Shown piece after piece: positions 1 to 7,963 of a stretch of DNA of 42,069 nt (position 1 is the stretch's first letter; every line of letters starts with the position of its first letter). Origin of the DNA: Bacteroidales bacterium (GTDB lineage Bacteria > Bacteroidota > Bacteroidia > Bacteroidales > UBA7960). The translations under genes were made by a program, and so were the position numbers. The stretch is from the NCBI GenBank assembly GCA_007120085.1, contig SKOK01000108.1:1-42069 (forward strand), written 5' to 3'. Below the pieces are notes generated by a model that was not told the DNA's origin, made no database searches, and saw nothing but the letters and a program-made list of their open reading frames with translations.

Positions 1-1
1 A

Positions 2-61
2 TTATTGGGTAATAAGAAACATGTTGTGGCAGTCGACGCCCGCATCAATATCATCCGATAA
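2..61 (+). CDS. 3' end (partial) of probable ADP-forming acetate/acyl-CoA ligase family protein (ATP-grasp C-terminus)
   Basis: Frame from base 2 reads LLGNKKHVVAVDARINIIR*, matching the typical C-terminal (NP)LL...VAVDARI motif of this family. Only 19 codons are visible. Confidence 0.65.
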   Translation, partial: LLGNKKHVVAVDARINIIR

Positions 62-184
62 CCGATAACCGATTATCAATTATCGATTATCAATTATCGA
101 TTATCAATTATCAGTTATCAATTATCAGTTATCAGTTATCAGTTATCAATTATCAATTATCAGTTATCAATTATCAATTATCAA
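55..184 (+). repeat. Heptamer tandem array: 2 x CCGATAA, then 16 units of TTATC(AA/AG/GA) at 73-184
   Basis: Counted directly. The leading GATAA units are complementary to the TTATC units, so an imperfect hairpin is possible. Confidence 0.97.
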
Positions 185-211
185 TCATAAATACTCTATC
201 TTCTTACACCT

Positions 212-1651
212 ATGACAGCACGAATCATCATATTAATTCTATATGCCCTGATGATCATCGTCGTGGGCATTCGCGGGTTGCGTGGCACTAAAACCTTCAA
301 TGACTTTTACCTTGGCGGTGGCAATGTGGGTCCCTGGATGACGGCTTTTTCCTATGGCACTGCTTATTTCAGTGCTGTGTTGTTTATTGGCTTTGCCGGA
401 AACATTGGCTGGAACTTCGGTTATTCAGGTTTGTGGGTTGCCCTGGTGAACTCCCTTGTCGGGGTTGCTTTGGCCTGGCGGCTGGTAGGTATGAAGCTGA
501 AGGAGCCGGGTGCTACCTTTGGTGCTACGACCTTGCCCGAATATCTGAGCAGGCGATATGGCAGTCCGGAGCTCAAGCTGTTGTCGAGCCTGGTGATTTT
601 CGTGTTTATGATTCCATACACAGCAGCGGTGTTTATGGGACTGTCCTATCTTTTTACATCCAATTTCAATATTGAATACTGGCACGCATTGGCTTTTATG
701 GGATTCTTTACTGCCCTTTACATGGTTCTGGGGGGCTATAAATCGATGGCACTGATTGATATGATCTTTGGCGGAATTATGGCAGTGAGTGTGATCATCT
801 TGTTTTTCAGCACGGTGCATCAGGGCGGAGGCATTTCGGCCATCACTTTTGACTTGCGCGCCATTGATCCGCGACTGACACAGGCAGTTGGCCCGCCCGG
901 ATGGTGGCCGCTACTGTCTTTGGTGCTGCTCACCAGCATGGCACCCTTTGCCATGCCCCAGCTGATTCAAAAATTTTATGCCATCAAAGACAGAGACACC
1001 GTTAAACGCGGGATGCTCGCCTCAACACTTTTTGCCATACTGATTGGTGGCGTCGCTTACTTTATCGGTTCAACATCACGCGTATTTCTGAATCCCGGTA
1101 ATGCTCCTGCAGCATTTAATGAAGCCGGACAGCCATTATTTGACATCATTATGCCGGAGCTGCTGACCAATGTGGTGCCGGTATCATTGAGCGTAATTAT
1201 CTTATTGCTCATATTGTCAGCCTCAATGTCAACGTTGGCAGCCCTCGTGCTGGTGTCAAGTTCCACATTTGTGAAGGATTTTTACCAGGGTTTTATCAAT
1301 GAGGGCGCCGATGACAAGCGAATGACCTTGCTGATGCGCCTGATGAGCGCATTGTTCATCCTGCTTGCCGTGGTGCTTGCATATATGAATATTGACAGCA
1401 TTGTGGCCATTCTTGGTATTTCCTGGGGTGCGTTGGGCTCGTTTTTCCTTGGACCGTTTATCTGGGGTCTGTATAATAAAAAAGTACGACGGAGTGGTGC
1501 CATCGCGTCAGGCGTTGGCGGCCTGATGGTTTGCATCCTGCTTTACGCCGGCGGCATGCCATCCCCACAGGCCGGAACCATCGGGATGTTTGCTTCACTG
1601 GCGCTCAACCCTATTGTGAGCTACATCAGGAACAAAAGCCAGGGCAAATGA
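212..1651 (+). CDS. Sodium:solute symporter (SSS family; PutP/PanF/ActP-like)
   Basis: 479 aa, about 13 hydrophobic segments, FYLGG..VGPW, TLPEYL..RYGS and the ILSASMST SSS motif. Confidence 0.92.
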   Translation: MTARIIILILYALMIIVVGIRGLRGTKTFNDFYLGGGNVGPWMTAFSYGTAYFSAVLFIGFAGNIGWNFGYSGLWVALVNSLVGVALAWRLVGMKLKEPGATFGATTLPEYLSRRYGSPELKLLSSLVIFVFMIPYTAAVFMGLSYLFTSNFNIEYWHALAFMGFFTALYMVLGGYKSMALIDMIFGGIMAVSVIILFFSTVHQGGGISAITFDLRAIDPRLTQAVGPPGWWPLLSLVLLTSMAPFAMPQLIQKFYAIKDRDTVKRGMLASTLFAILIGGVAYFIGSTSRVFLNPGNAPAAFNEAGQPLFDIIMPELLTNVVPVSLSVIILLLILSASMSTLAALVLVSSSTFVKDFYQGFINEGADDKRMTLLMRLMSALFILLAVVLAYMNIDSIVAILGISWGALGSFFLGPFIWGLYNKKVRRSGAIASGVGGLMVCILLYAGGMPSPQAGTIGMFASLALNPIVSYIRNKSQGK

Positions 1652-1705
1652 GTAAATGAGTAAATGTGCACCTGTTCCCTTTGGGGGAGGGATCGGGGGT
1701 GCGGG
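1646..1705 (+). repeat. Short 8-mer repeat (AAATGAGT x2 + AAATGTGC) followed by a G-rich CCCTTTGGGGGAGGG...GGGGGT element
   Basis: Seen directly. The SSS stop codon lies inside the first unit. The G-rich part resembles a half copy of dispersed CCCCTCTCCC...GGGAGAGGGG-type palindromic repeats. Confidence 0.5.
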
Positions 1706-1777
1706 CATTTCAGGCACAATCTTAAAATTCAGATCATCAAACAAATTCGTATGTATTTATAAATCAACAGAATAAAG

Positions 1778-3025
1778 ATGAAGCACTGCTTATTGATCTT
1801 TCTTCTTCTAACAAGCTTTACTTTATTTTCTTCTGAAACTGATAATAAGGCTGTTGAAGAAGAAAAAGCGTTTTCTGTCAGGTTAACTGGTTTTGTGAAG
1901 TCTGACTACTGGCTGGACAGCCGGACAGTTGTTGCAGCGCGTGAAGATTTGTTTTTGCTGTATCCTGCGAATGTAATGCCTGACTCGGAGGGCATAGACA
2001 TCAATGGCGACCCGGTGTTTAACTTTTCGGCGATCACTTCAAGGATCGCTACGGTTTTGCGAGGGCCGGATGCATTTGGCGCGAAGGTCAGCGGTCTTAT
2101 AGAGGCTGATTTTTCCGGTGTTACCAATACCGACATTAACGGTTTTCGTTTGAGGCATGCATACCTGAAGCTTGATTGGGAGCATTGGGGTTTGCTTTTA
2201 GGCCAATGGTGGCATCCATTGTTTGGTGCAGAGGTGATTCCCACTGTGGTGTCACTGAATACCGGCGCCCCGTTTCAGCCATTTATCCGTAACCCGCAGG
2301 CTACGCTGACCTATCAGACAGAAAGCTCCCGATGGCTTTTTTCGATGATTGCGCAACGCGACAATGCCAGCGACGGGCCTAAAGGGGCATCTCCGGATTA
2401 TATCAGGGATGCGACGCTCCCCAATTTACATTTGCAGTACACAAGAACCAATGGCAACATAACTACAGGTTTGGCTTCTGATTATAAAGTGATTAGGCCC
2501 CGTCGATTTGTTGTCGATGATGATTTTCAAATTCGTTATTCATCAGAAACCCTCAACACCTTTGCCTTTATGGCTTATGGAAGATACAGGTATCAAAATC
2601 TCGACATCAAAGGGAAAGCCATTTATGGTCAAAACCTGAGCGAGCACCTGCTGATGGGGGGTTATGCTGAAAGCCACGTTGATCCGGGCAGTGGAACGAT
2701 CAAATATACACCGATGAATAACCTCAGTTTATGGGGCAACATCCTGTATGGCGACAGGGTAGTAGCAGGCTTTTTTGCGGGATATGCAAGGAATCTGGGT
2801 GCTTCAGATGAGATTGTCGGGGATTATTTTGGCAGAGGCAAAGACATCGCTTATGTTTACCGGTTTGCGCCCTCTGTGACTTTCAACTCCGGAAGTGTTG
2901 CTTTATGCACTGAGCTTGAATATACTGCTGCCGCTTATGGCAATCCCGACGCCATGGGCCGGGTAAAAGACCATGGCGAAGTGAGTAACCTGCGTCTGCT
3001 TTTTACGGCTTTGTACTTTTTTTGA
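1778..3025 (+). CDS. DcaP-family outer-membrane porin
   Basis: Signal peptide; GFVKSD, IEADF, FRLRHAY and LLGQWW motifs; alternating beta-strand pattern; C-terminal Phe. Confidence 0.8.
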   Translation: MKHCLLIFLLLTSFTLFSSETDNKAVEEEKAFSVRLTGFVKSDYWLDSRTVVAAREDLFLLYPANVMPDSEGIDINGDPVFNFSAITSRIATVLRGPDAFGAKVSGLIEADFSGVTNTDINGFRLRHAYLKLDWEHWGLLLGQWWHPLFGAEVIPTVVSLNTGAPFQPFIRNPQATLTYQTESSRWLFSMIAQRDNASDGPKGASPDYIRDATLPNLHLQYTRTNGNITTGLASDYKVIRPRRFVVDDDFQIRYSSETLNTFAFMAYGRYRYQNLDIKGKAIYGQNLSEHLLMGGYAESHVDPGSGTIKYTPMNNLSLWGNILYGDRVVAGFFAGYARNLGASDEIVGDYFGRGKDIAYVYRFAPSVTFNSGSVALCTELEYTAAAYGNPDAMGRVKDHGEVSNLRLLFTALYFF

Positions 3026-3118
3026 TCAAAATTTGCTTAATATATTTGGATGATGCTTTCAAATATTGTATATTTATGCAAGATTATATAATGAATTACT
3101 CATTAAACGCAATCAACC

Positions 3119-4228
3119 ATGGAAAAATCTTTGGTAACCCTGGCAACGGATCATTACACAGCGGCGGAAGTGTTGAGGGCACGCCTTGAGGCTGCTGGCA
3201 TCGAATGCTTTTTGAGCAATGTGCATCTCATTCAGGGTGCTGCTCCCGAAGGTGTAAAGATCAAGATCAAATCAAGTGACGTTGAAAAGGCTTTGCGCCT
3301 TATGCAAGAGTGGAAGGCAGAGCAGGAGTACGCCGACAGGAAAAACCCAAAAACCGTCAGGCGTGTGCTGGTTCCTGTTGATTTTTCTGATTATTCGCGA
3401 AACGCCTGTATGTATGCCTTGAACCTGGCGCACAAGATCAAGGCTGAATTGAAAATCCTGCACGTTTATTATGCCCCGATTGTTGACCTGGTTCCAATTA
3501 CGGATGCTTACAGCATTCAGGTTGATATGGACATCAACCTTCGCGAAATGGAAGCAAATGCCAAAAAAAGCCTTATGGCTTTTGTGGACGACATCAGGAA
3601 GATGGCCACGGACAGAAAAATGGATGATGTCAAGATCGGTTACGCTTTACGCGAAGGCGTTACAGAGGATGAGATTGCCCGTGTGGCAAAGGATTACAAC
3701 CCTGGCATCATTGTTTTGGGAACCAAGGGCAAAGGCGAAAAACAAAGCGACATCATTGGCAGCGTGGTGTACCGGGTGCTCGACCGTACGAAAGTACCCG
3801 TTCTTGCCATTCCTGAACATTCGACATACAATATCAACCGTGAAGTGAAGAACATCGCCTATGCCACGGAGTTCGACGATTCTGACTTTGTGGCAATACG
3901 CCGTTTGCTGACCATCCTTTCGGAGTTTAAGGTCAAAGTACACTGCATTCATTTCTCCAAAGAGTCAAGGAAGTCAATTGATAATGTCAGGATGGAAAAA
4001 ATGAAAGAATATTTCCGAAAGGTACATAAAAGCATTGAGGTTAATTGTCACTTGCTTGAGGGTGAGGATGATCTCAAAGAGGTTGAGTCCTTTGTTGAGC
4101 AAAACCAAATCGACTTGTTCTCGATGGTAAACCGCAAGCGCGGCCTTTTAGCCCGGCTGTTCAATCCCGGCCTGACCCGGAAGTTGATTTATCAAAGTAC
4201 AATTCCCTTGTTGATTTTCAGGGCCTGA
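3119..4228 (+). CDS. Universal stress protein with N-terminal DUF2007-like domain and tandem USP domains
   Basis: RVLVPVDFSDYS, IVLGTKG...IGSV and KVPVLAIP motifs; second USP-like domain starting at KNIAYATEF. Confidence 0.9.
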   Translation: MEKSLVTLATDHYTAAEVLRARLEAAGIECFLSNVHLIQGAAPEGVKIKIKSSDVEKALRLMQEWKAEQEYADRKNPKTVRRVLVPVDFSDYSRNACMYALNLAHKIKAELKILHVYYAPIVDLVPITDAYSIQVDMDINLREMEANAKKSLMAFVDDIRKMATDRKMDDVKIGYALREGVTEDEIARVAKDYNPGIIVLGTKGKGEKQSDIIGSVVYRVLDRTKVPVLAIPEHSTYNINREVKNIAYATEFDDSDFVAIRRLLTILSEFKVKVHCIHFSKESRKSIDNVRMEKMKEYFRKVHKSIEVNCHLLEGEDDLKEVESFVEQNQIDLFSMVNRKRGLLARLFNPGLTRKLIYQSTIPLLIFRA

Positions 4229-5163
4229 CAGCGATTAAGCCAGTCCAGTAAATACAAATAGACATCCTTTTTGTTTTTTTCGTGCAGCAACTCGTGTCTT
4301 CCTGGAAAAATCTTTAAAAAAAGATTCTGAAAATTCTGTGTATAAAACTCTTTGTGGAGTTTTATGGCATCTTTTCCAAAATTACCGACCGGGTCATCCT
4401 GTCCGCTCATGATCATCACTGGCAAAGACTTCCGGTATGTAAGAAGCTTTTCAGCCTTCCTGGTTTCTGCAATGCCCTTCAAAAGGTTCATATAGAAACC
4501 GTTTGAATAATTAATGCCACAGTAAGGGTCATTTACATAAGCATCAACTTCAGCCCTGTCTGAAGATATCCATTCAAACAGGGTGGGGCGGTCCTTGAAG
4601 TGCCTGTTGAAATTGCGGTAAAAAAGCTTGTTAAACCATTTGCTCTTTCGTTTGCTGCCCTCAAACAGTATTTTAATGCGCATGAAGATCAGTCCAGCAT
4701 TCAAAAGGAAGGGGTTCATTATGAAGCTGCCCGAAAGAATCAATCCTTGCAGATAAACGGGGTATAGTGCGGTAAAGTGCCTGGCTATCACAGAGCCCAT
4801 GCTGTGTCCGAGTACGAAAACTGGTATTTCCGGCTGGTTCTTGCGGATGTTGGTATATAGGGCGCGTACATTCTCCAGCATATGCTGCCAGCTTCTGCTG
4901 TCTGTAACCAATCCTGCTTGCTGGGGTGATCCTGCTGTTCTGCCCTGGCCAGGATGATCACAAGTATATACCCCGTAACCATTCTCAACCAGGAAACAGG
5001 CAAAATCCCTGTAGCGACCGGTATGTTCGGCCATGCCGGGAATGATGAGCACCATGGCCGAAGGTGTTTGGTTGAGCGGCAGATAGCTTTTAACATAAAA
5101 ACGGTTCCTTGTAGAACTGCTGAGATAAAAACCCTGTTCCCGCAATAATTGCACTGCCATCAT
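4192..5163 (-). CDS. Alpha/beta hydrolase (lysophospholipase/monoacylglycerol lipase-like)
   Basis: GMAEH..RY, DHPGQG, nucleophile elbow GHSMG, GQDDPV and RHELLHE. Confidence 0.9.
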   Translation of the reverse strand: MMAVQLLREQGFYLSSSTRNRFYVKSYLPLNQTPSAMVLIIPGMAEHTGRYRDFACFLVENGYGVYTCDHPGQGRTAGSPQQAGLVTDSRSWQHMLENVRALYTNIRKNQPEIPVFVLGHSMGSVIARHFTALYPVYLQGLILSGSFIMNPFLLNAGLIFMRIKILFEGSKRKSKWFNKLFYRNFNRHFKDRPTLFEWISSDRAEVDAYVNDPYCGINYSNGFYMNLLKGIAETRKAEKLLTYRKSLPVMIMSGQDDPVGNFGKDAIKLHKEFYTQNFQNLFLKIFPGRHELLHEKNKKDVYLYLLDWLNRCQALKINKGIVL

Positions 5164-5321
5164 TCGTGTTTTTTTACGATCTTTGAGCCTTTTTAAAACG
5201 GATTACCATTCCATGAATTGTTACAAACAAATGCTGTTCGTATTTGTTTGCTTGTTGGTTGCTTACAAAACAACCTGATTTCAGTTCAGTTACCTGGTTC
5301 AAAAATATAAACTTCTTCCTA

Positions 5322-5729
5322 ATGAAGGAGCAAAAACCGACATTTGGCAAAAAGCTCAGCCCCATCCAGCGATACCTTTTTATGGTGGCTGGCACAATTG
5401 CTTTAGGGTTGGGCGTTTTGGGAATTCCAATGCCACTGCTACCCACGACTCCATTCCTGTTGCTGTCTGCCTATTGTTATGCACGCAGCTCCAGGCGCTT
5501 TTATTACTGGCTTATTAATCATAAAGTGCTTGGCAAGCACATACACAATTACTGGGAGTATCGTGGCATAACACACAGTGTCAAAGTTGGCGCCATATCA
5601 TTTTTGTGGATATCAATGACACTTACAGCCATTTTTGCAATGGATGGTTTGTGGATGCGACTGCTTCTGCTGGTGGTGGCCATTGCAGTTACCATTCACA
5701 TTGCTGCCATTAAAACCATTAAGCTCTGA
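5322..5729 (+). CDS. YbaN/DUF454 family inner-membrane protein
   Basis: LGVLGIPMPLLPTTPFLLLSAYCYARSS signature. The ATG at 5322 is preferred over the TTG at 5244. Confidence 0.9.
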   Translation: MKEQKPTFGKKLSPIQRYLFMVAGTIALGLGVLGIPMPLLPTTPFLLLSAYCYARSSRRFYYWLINHKVLGKHIHNYWEYRGITHSVKVGAISFLWISMTLTAIFAMDGLWMRLLLLVVAIAVTIHIAAIKTIKL

Positions 5730-5733
5730 TGCC

Positions 5734-6246
5734 TTATTTCGCTTCCGGATTTTGACCGTCAGGCTTCGCAAAACCTTGTTTTAGCTCTTCCTCTGTTGGG
5801 TTACGCTTCGCAATAACCTTGCCTTGAAAATGCAAGTCCATGCCAGCCAAAGGGTGGTTAAAGTCCATTTTAACATTTTCGTCTCCAATTTCTACGACCA
5901 TGCCGCGGTGGGGGTTTCCCTCCTTGTCTTCCATGTTGATGATGTTGCCTTCTACCAGAAGATCTTCAGCGAGTTTGCCCTCAATCATGAATATGCTTTT
6001 GGGCAAATCCACAATCGCTTTTTCATTTACCGGACCGTAGGCTTTTTCTGACTCAATCAGGAATTCAAAATCTGCACCTTCTCCAAGGTCCCTGACATTG
6101 CTTTCAAAGCTTTGGTTTAGCGTGCCCGCCCCAAATAAAAACTCAATGGGTTTGTCGGGCTGCACTGCTTCCAGTACTTTGCCTTCAGGTCCTCCTTCAC
6201 GCAGCTCGTATGTGAGTGCAATAACTTTGGCTTCGGTTTGTGCCAT
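5734..6246 (-). CDS. slyD: FKBP-type peptidyl-prolyl isomerase (SlyD family)
   Basis: EKAYG, the IF-domain insert and DFNHPLAG motif. The ATG at 6246 follows an A-rich leader. Confidence 0.88.
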   Translation of the reverse strand: MAQTEAKVIALTYELREGGPEGKVLEAVQPDKPIEFLFGAGTLNQSFESNVRDLGEGADFEFLIESEKAYGPVNEKAIVDLPKSIFMIEGKLAEDLLVEGNIINMEDKEGNPHRGMVVEIGDENVKMDFNHPLAGMDLHFQGKVIAKRNPTEEELKQGFAKPDGQNPEAK

Positions 6247-6324
6247 GATAATTTTGTTTAAGTTAAAAAAATGCGGGATCATCCTCAGTTGAGAAAGATA
6301 ACCCCGTTAATTGCGATTTTAATG

Positions 6325-6332
6325 CGAAGGTA
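6325..6332 (-). promoter_or_regulatory. Putative -7 promoter element (TACCTTCG) for slyD
   Basis: One mismatch to the Bacteroidetes TAnnTTTG consensus; divergent from the rpmG promoter. Confidence 0.45.
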
Positions 6333-6443
6333 TGATAAATAAAAAAAAAGACAAAAAAAATGTCGCTTTTTTTGTTTCAGGCTCCGAAAACAAGGAGCAG
6401 CAAACAGGAAACCATCAATGCTCCGAAAAATTTCCGAAAAAGC

Positions 6444-6475
6444 TTGTTGTATTTTAAAGAAAAGATGTATCTTTG
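6444..6475 (+). promoter_or_regulatory. Primary-sigma promoter for rpmG (-33 TTG, -7 TATCTTTG at 6468-6475)
   Basis: Perfect TAnnTTTG with upstream TTG, 33 nt before the ATG. Confidence 0.75.
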
Positions 6476-6508
6476 CGCTCCTGAAAAACATAAAGGTTTA
6501 TTGTAATC

Positions 6509-6697
6509 ATGGCAAAGAAAACGAAAGAAGCACGGATTCAGGTTATCCTCGAATGCACCGAGCACAAAAACAGCGGTTTACCAGGCACATCAAGGTATAT
6601 TACCACTAAAAACAAAAAGAACCACCCGGAAAGGCTGGAGTTGAAGAAATTCAACCCCATCATGAGAAAAATGACAGTTCACAGAGAAATTAAATAA
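6509..6697 (+). CDS. rpmG: 50S ribosomal protein L33 (form without zinc ribbon)
   Basis: [23 protein letters not shown]...HREIK. Confidence 0.98.
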   Translation: MAKKTKEARIQVILECTEHKNSGLPGTSRYITTKNKKNHPERLELKKFNPIMRKMTVHREIK

Positions 6698-6707
6698 TAT
6701 TTGAATC

Positions 6708-6866
6708 ATGGCAAAGAAAGTAGTAGCAGCACTGAAGTCCACTACCGGTAAGAGTTATGCAAAGGTTATCCGGATGCAAAAATCGGAAAAGTCGGGCGCA
6801 TATGCTTTTGAAGAAGACATTGTAGATACGGATAAAGTAAAAGAGTATTTCGCGCAGAAGAAATAA
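6708..6866 (+). CDS. DUF4295 family small protein (52 aa; not in the ORF track)
   Basis: MAKKVVAALKSTTGKSYAKVIRMQKSEKSGAYAFEEDIVDTDKVKEYFAQKK*; canonical position between rpmG and ftsY in Bacteroidetes. Confidence 0.92.
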   Translation: MAKKVVAALKSTTGKSYAKVIRMQKSEKSGAYAFEEDIVDTDKVKEYFAQKK

Positions 6867-6937
6867 TAATGTTGTTAAGTGAGGCCGGCAAAGCGGGCAC
6901 ACCAGCTTAACAAGTCTGTTTATTTCTAAAAATTTCT

Positions 6938-6976
6938 CAGATCTGTTCCGGCAATCACGGTACAGGTCTGTTTTTT
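6938..6976 (+). terminator. Rho-independent terminator after rpmG-DUF4295
   Basis: CAGATCTGTTCCG / CGGTACAGGTCTG stem followed by a T6 run. Confidence 0.7.
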
Positions 6977-7006
6977 ATATTATAACTCTTCATATACCTT
7001 TCTGTT

Positions 7007-7957
7007 ATGGGCTTATTTGATATTTTCTCTAAAAACAAAGAGGAGAAACTGGATAAAGGCTTGTCCAAAACGCGTAGTTCTTTTTTTTCGCGTTTGTCGA
7101 AAGCCGTAGCCGGTCGTTCTACAGTGGATGCTGCCGTTCTTGATGACCTTGAGGAGGTGCTGATCAGTTCTGATGTGGGAGTAGCAACCACAATCAAGAT
7201 CATAGAACGCTTGGAAGAGCGGGTGGCCCGCGATAAGTACCTTGGCACTGACGAGCTGAATAGTATTTTGAAGGAAGAGATCAAGCAGCTTCTGTTTGAA
7301 AATAAAGCGAATGACTTTTCAGGAATACTGTCTGAGAGCAATGAAAAGCCTTATGTGGTAATGGTGGTAGGTGTTAATGGCGTAGGCAAAACCACCACCA
7401 TCGGTAAGCTGGCCAACCAGTTCCGGCTGGCCGGTAAAAAAGTCGTGATGGGAGCCGCCGATACCTTCAGGGCTGCGGCCGTTGATCAGCTCACGATTTG
7501 GTCTGAGCGTGCCCAGGTCCCCATAGTGTCTAAGGGGATGAATACTGACCCTGCAGCTGTGGCCTATGAAACAATGGTGTATGCTAAGAATAATGACGTT
7601 GACGTGGTCATCGTTGATACAGCAGGGCGCCTCCACAACAAGGTGAACCTGATGAATGAGCTTTCAAAGATCAAGCGCGTGATGCAAAAGGTGATTCCCG
7701 GTGCTCCGCACGAAGTATTGCTCATCCTTGATGGAAGCACCGGTCAGAACGCATTTGAGCAAGCAAAACAATTTACTTCTGCCACCGAGGTGAATGCCTT
7801 GGCAATCACAAAGCTGGATGGCACTGCAAAAGGTGGTGTGGTGCTCGGGGTTAGCGATCAGTTCAGCGTACCCGTTAAATACATTGGCGTTGGAGAAGGC
7901 ATTGACGACCTGCAGCTATTCGACCGTGAAGCCTTTGTTGACACACTATTCCAATAG
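7007..7957 (+). CDS. ftsY: Signal recognition particle receptor FtsY
   Basis: GVNGVGKTTTIGKLA, DTFRAAA, DTAGR and TKLDGTAKGG. Confidence 0.98.
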   Translation: MGLFDIFSKNKEEKLDKGLSKTRSSFFSRLSKAVAGRSTVDAAVLDDLEEVLISSDVGVATTIKIIERLEERVARDKYLGTDELNSILKEEIKQLLFENKANDFSGILSESNEKPYVVMVVGVNGVGKTTTIGKLANQFRLAGKKVVMGAADTFRAAAVDQLTIWSERAQVPIVSKGMNTDPAAVAYETMVYAKNNDVDVVIVDTAGRLHNKVNLMNELSKIKRVMQKVIPGAPHEVLLILDGSTGQNAFEQAKQFTSATEVNALAITKLDGTAKGGVVLGVSDQFSVPVKYIGVGEGIDDLQLFDREAFVDTLFQ

Positions 7958-7963
7958 ATTTTG

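Noticed and set aside
55-184. Heptamer arrays (also 40425-40501 and 41901-41977) as CRISPR arrays
   Set aside because: 7-nt period, no unique spacers and no cas genes in the window.
6340-6373. Poly-A/poly-T tracts between slyD and rpmG as phase-variable elements
   Set aside because: Homopolymer runs are common in AT-rich Bacteroidetes promoter regions; no flanking invertible repeats or recombinase.
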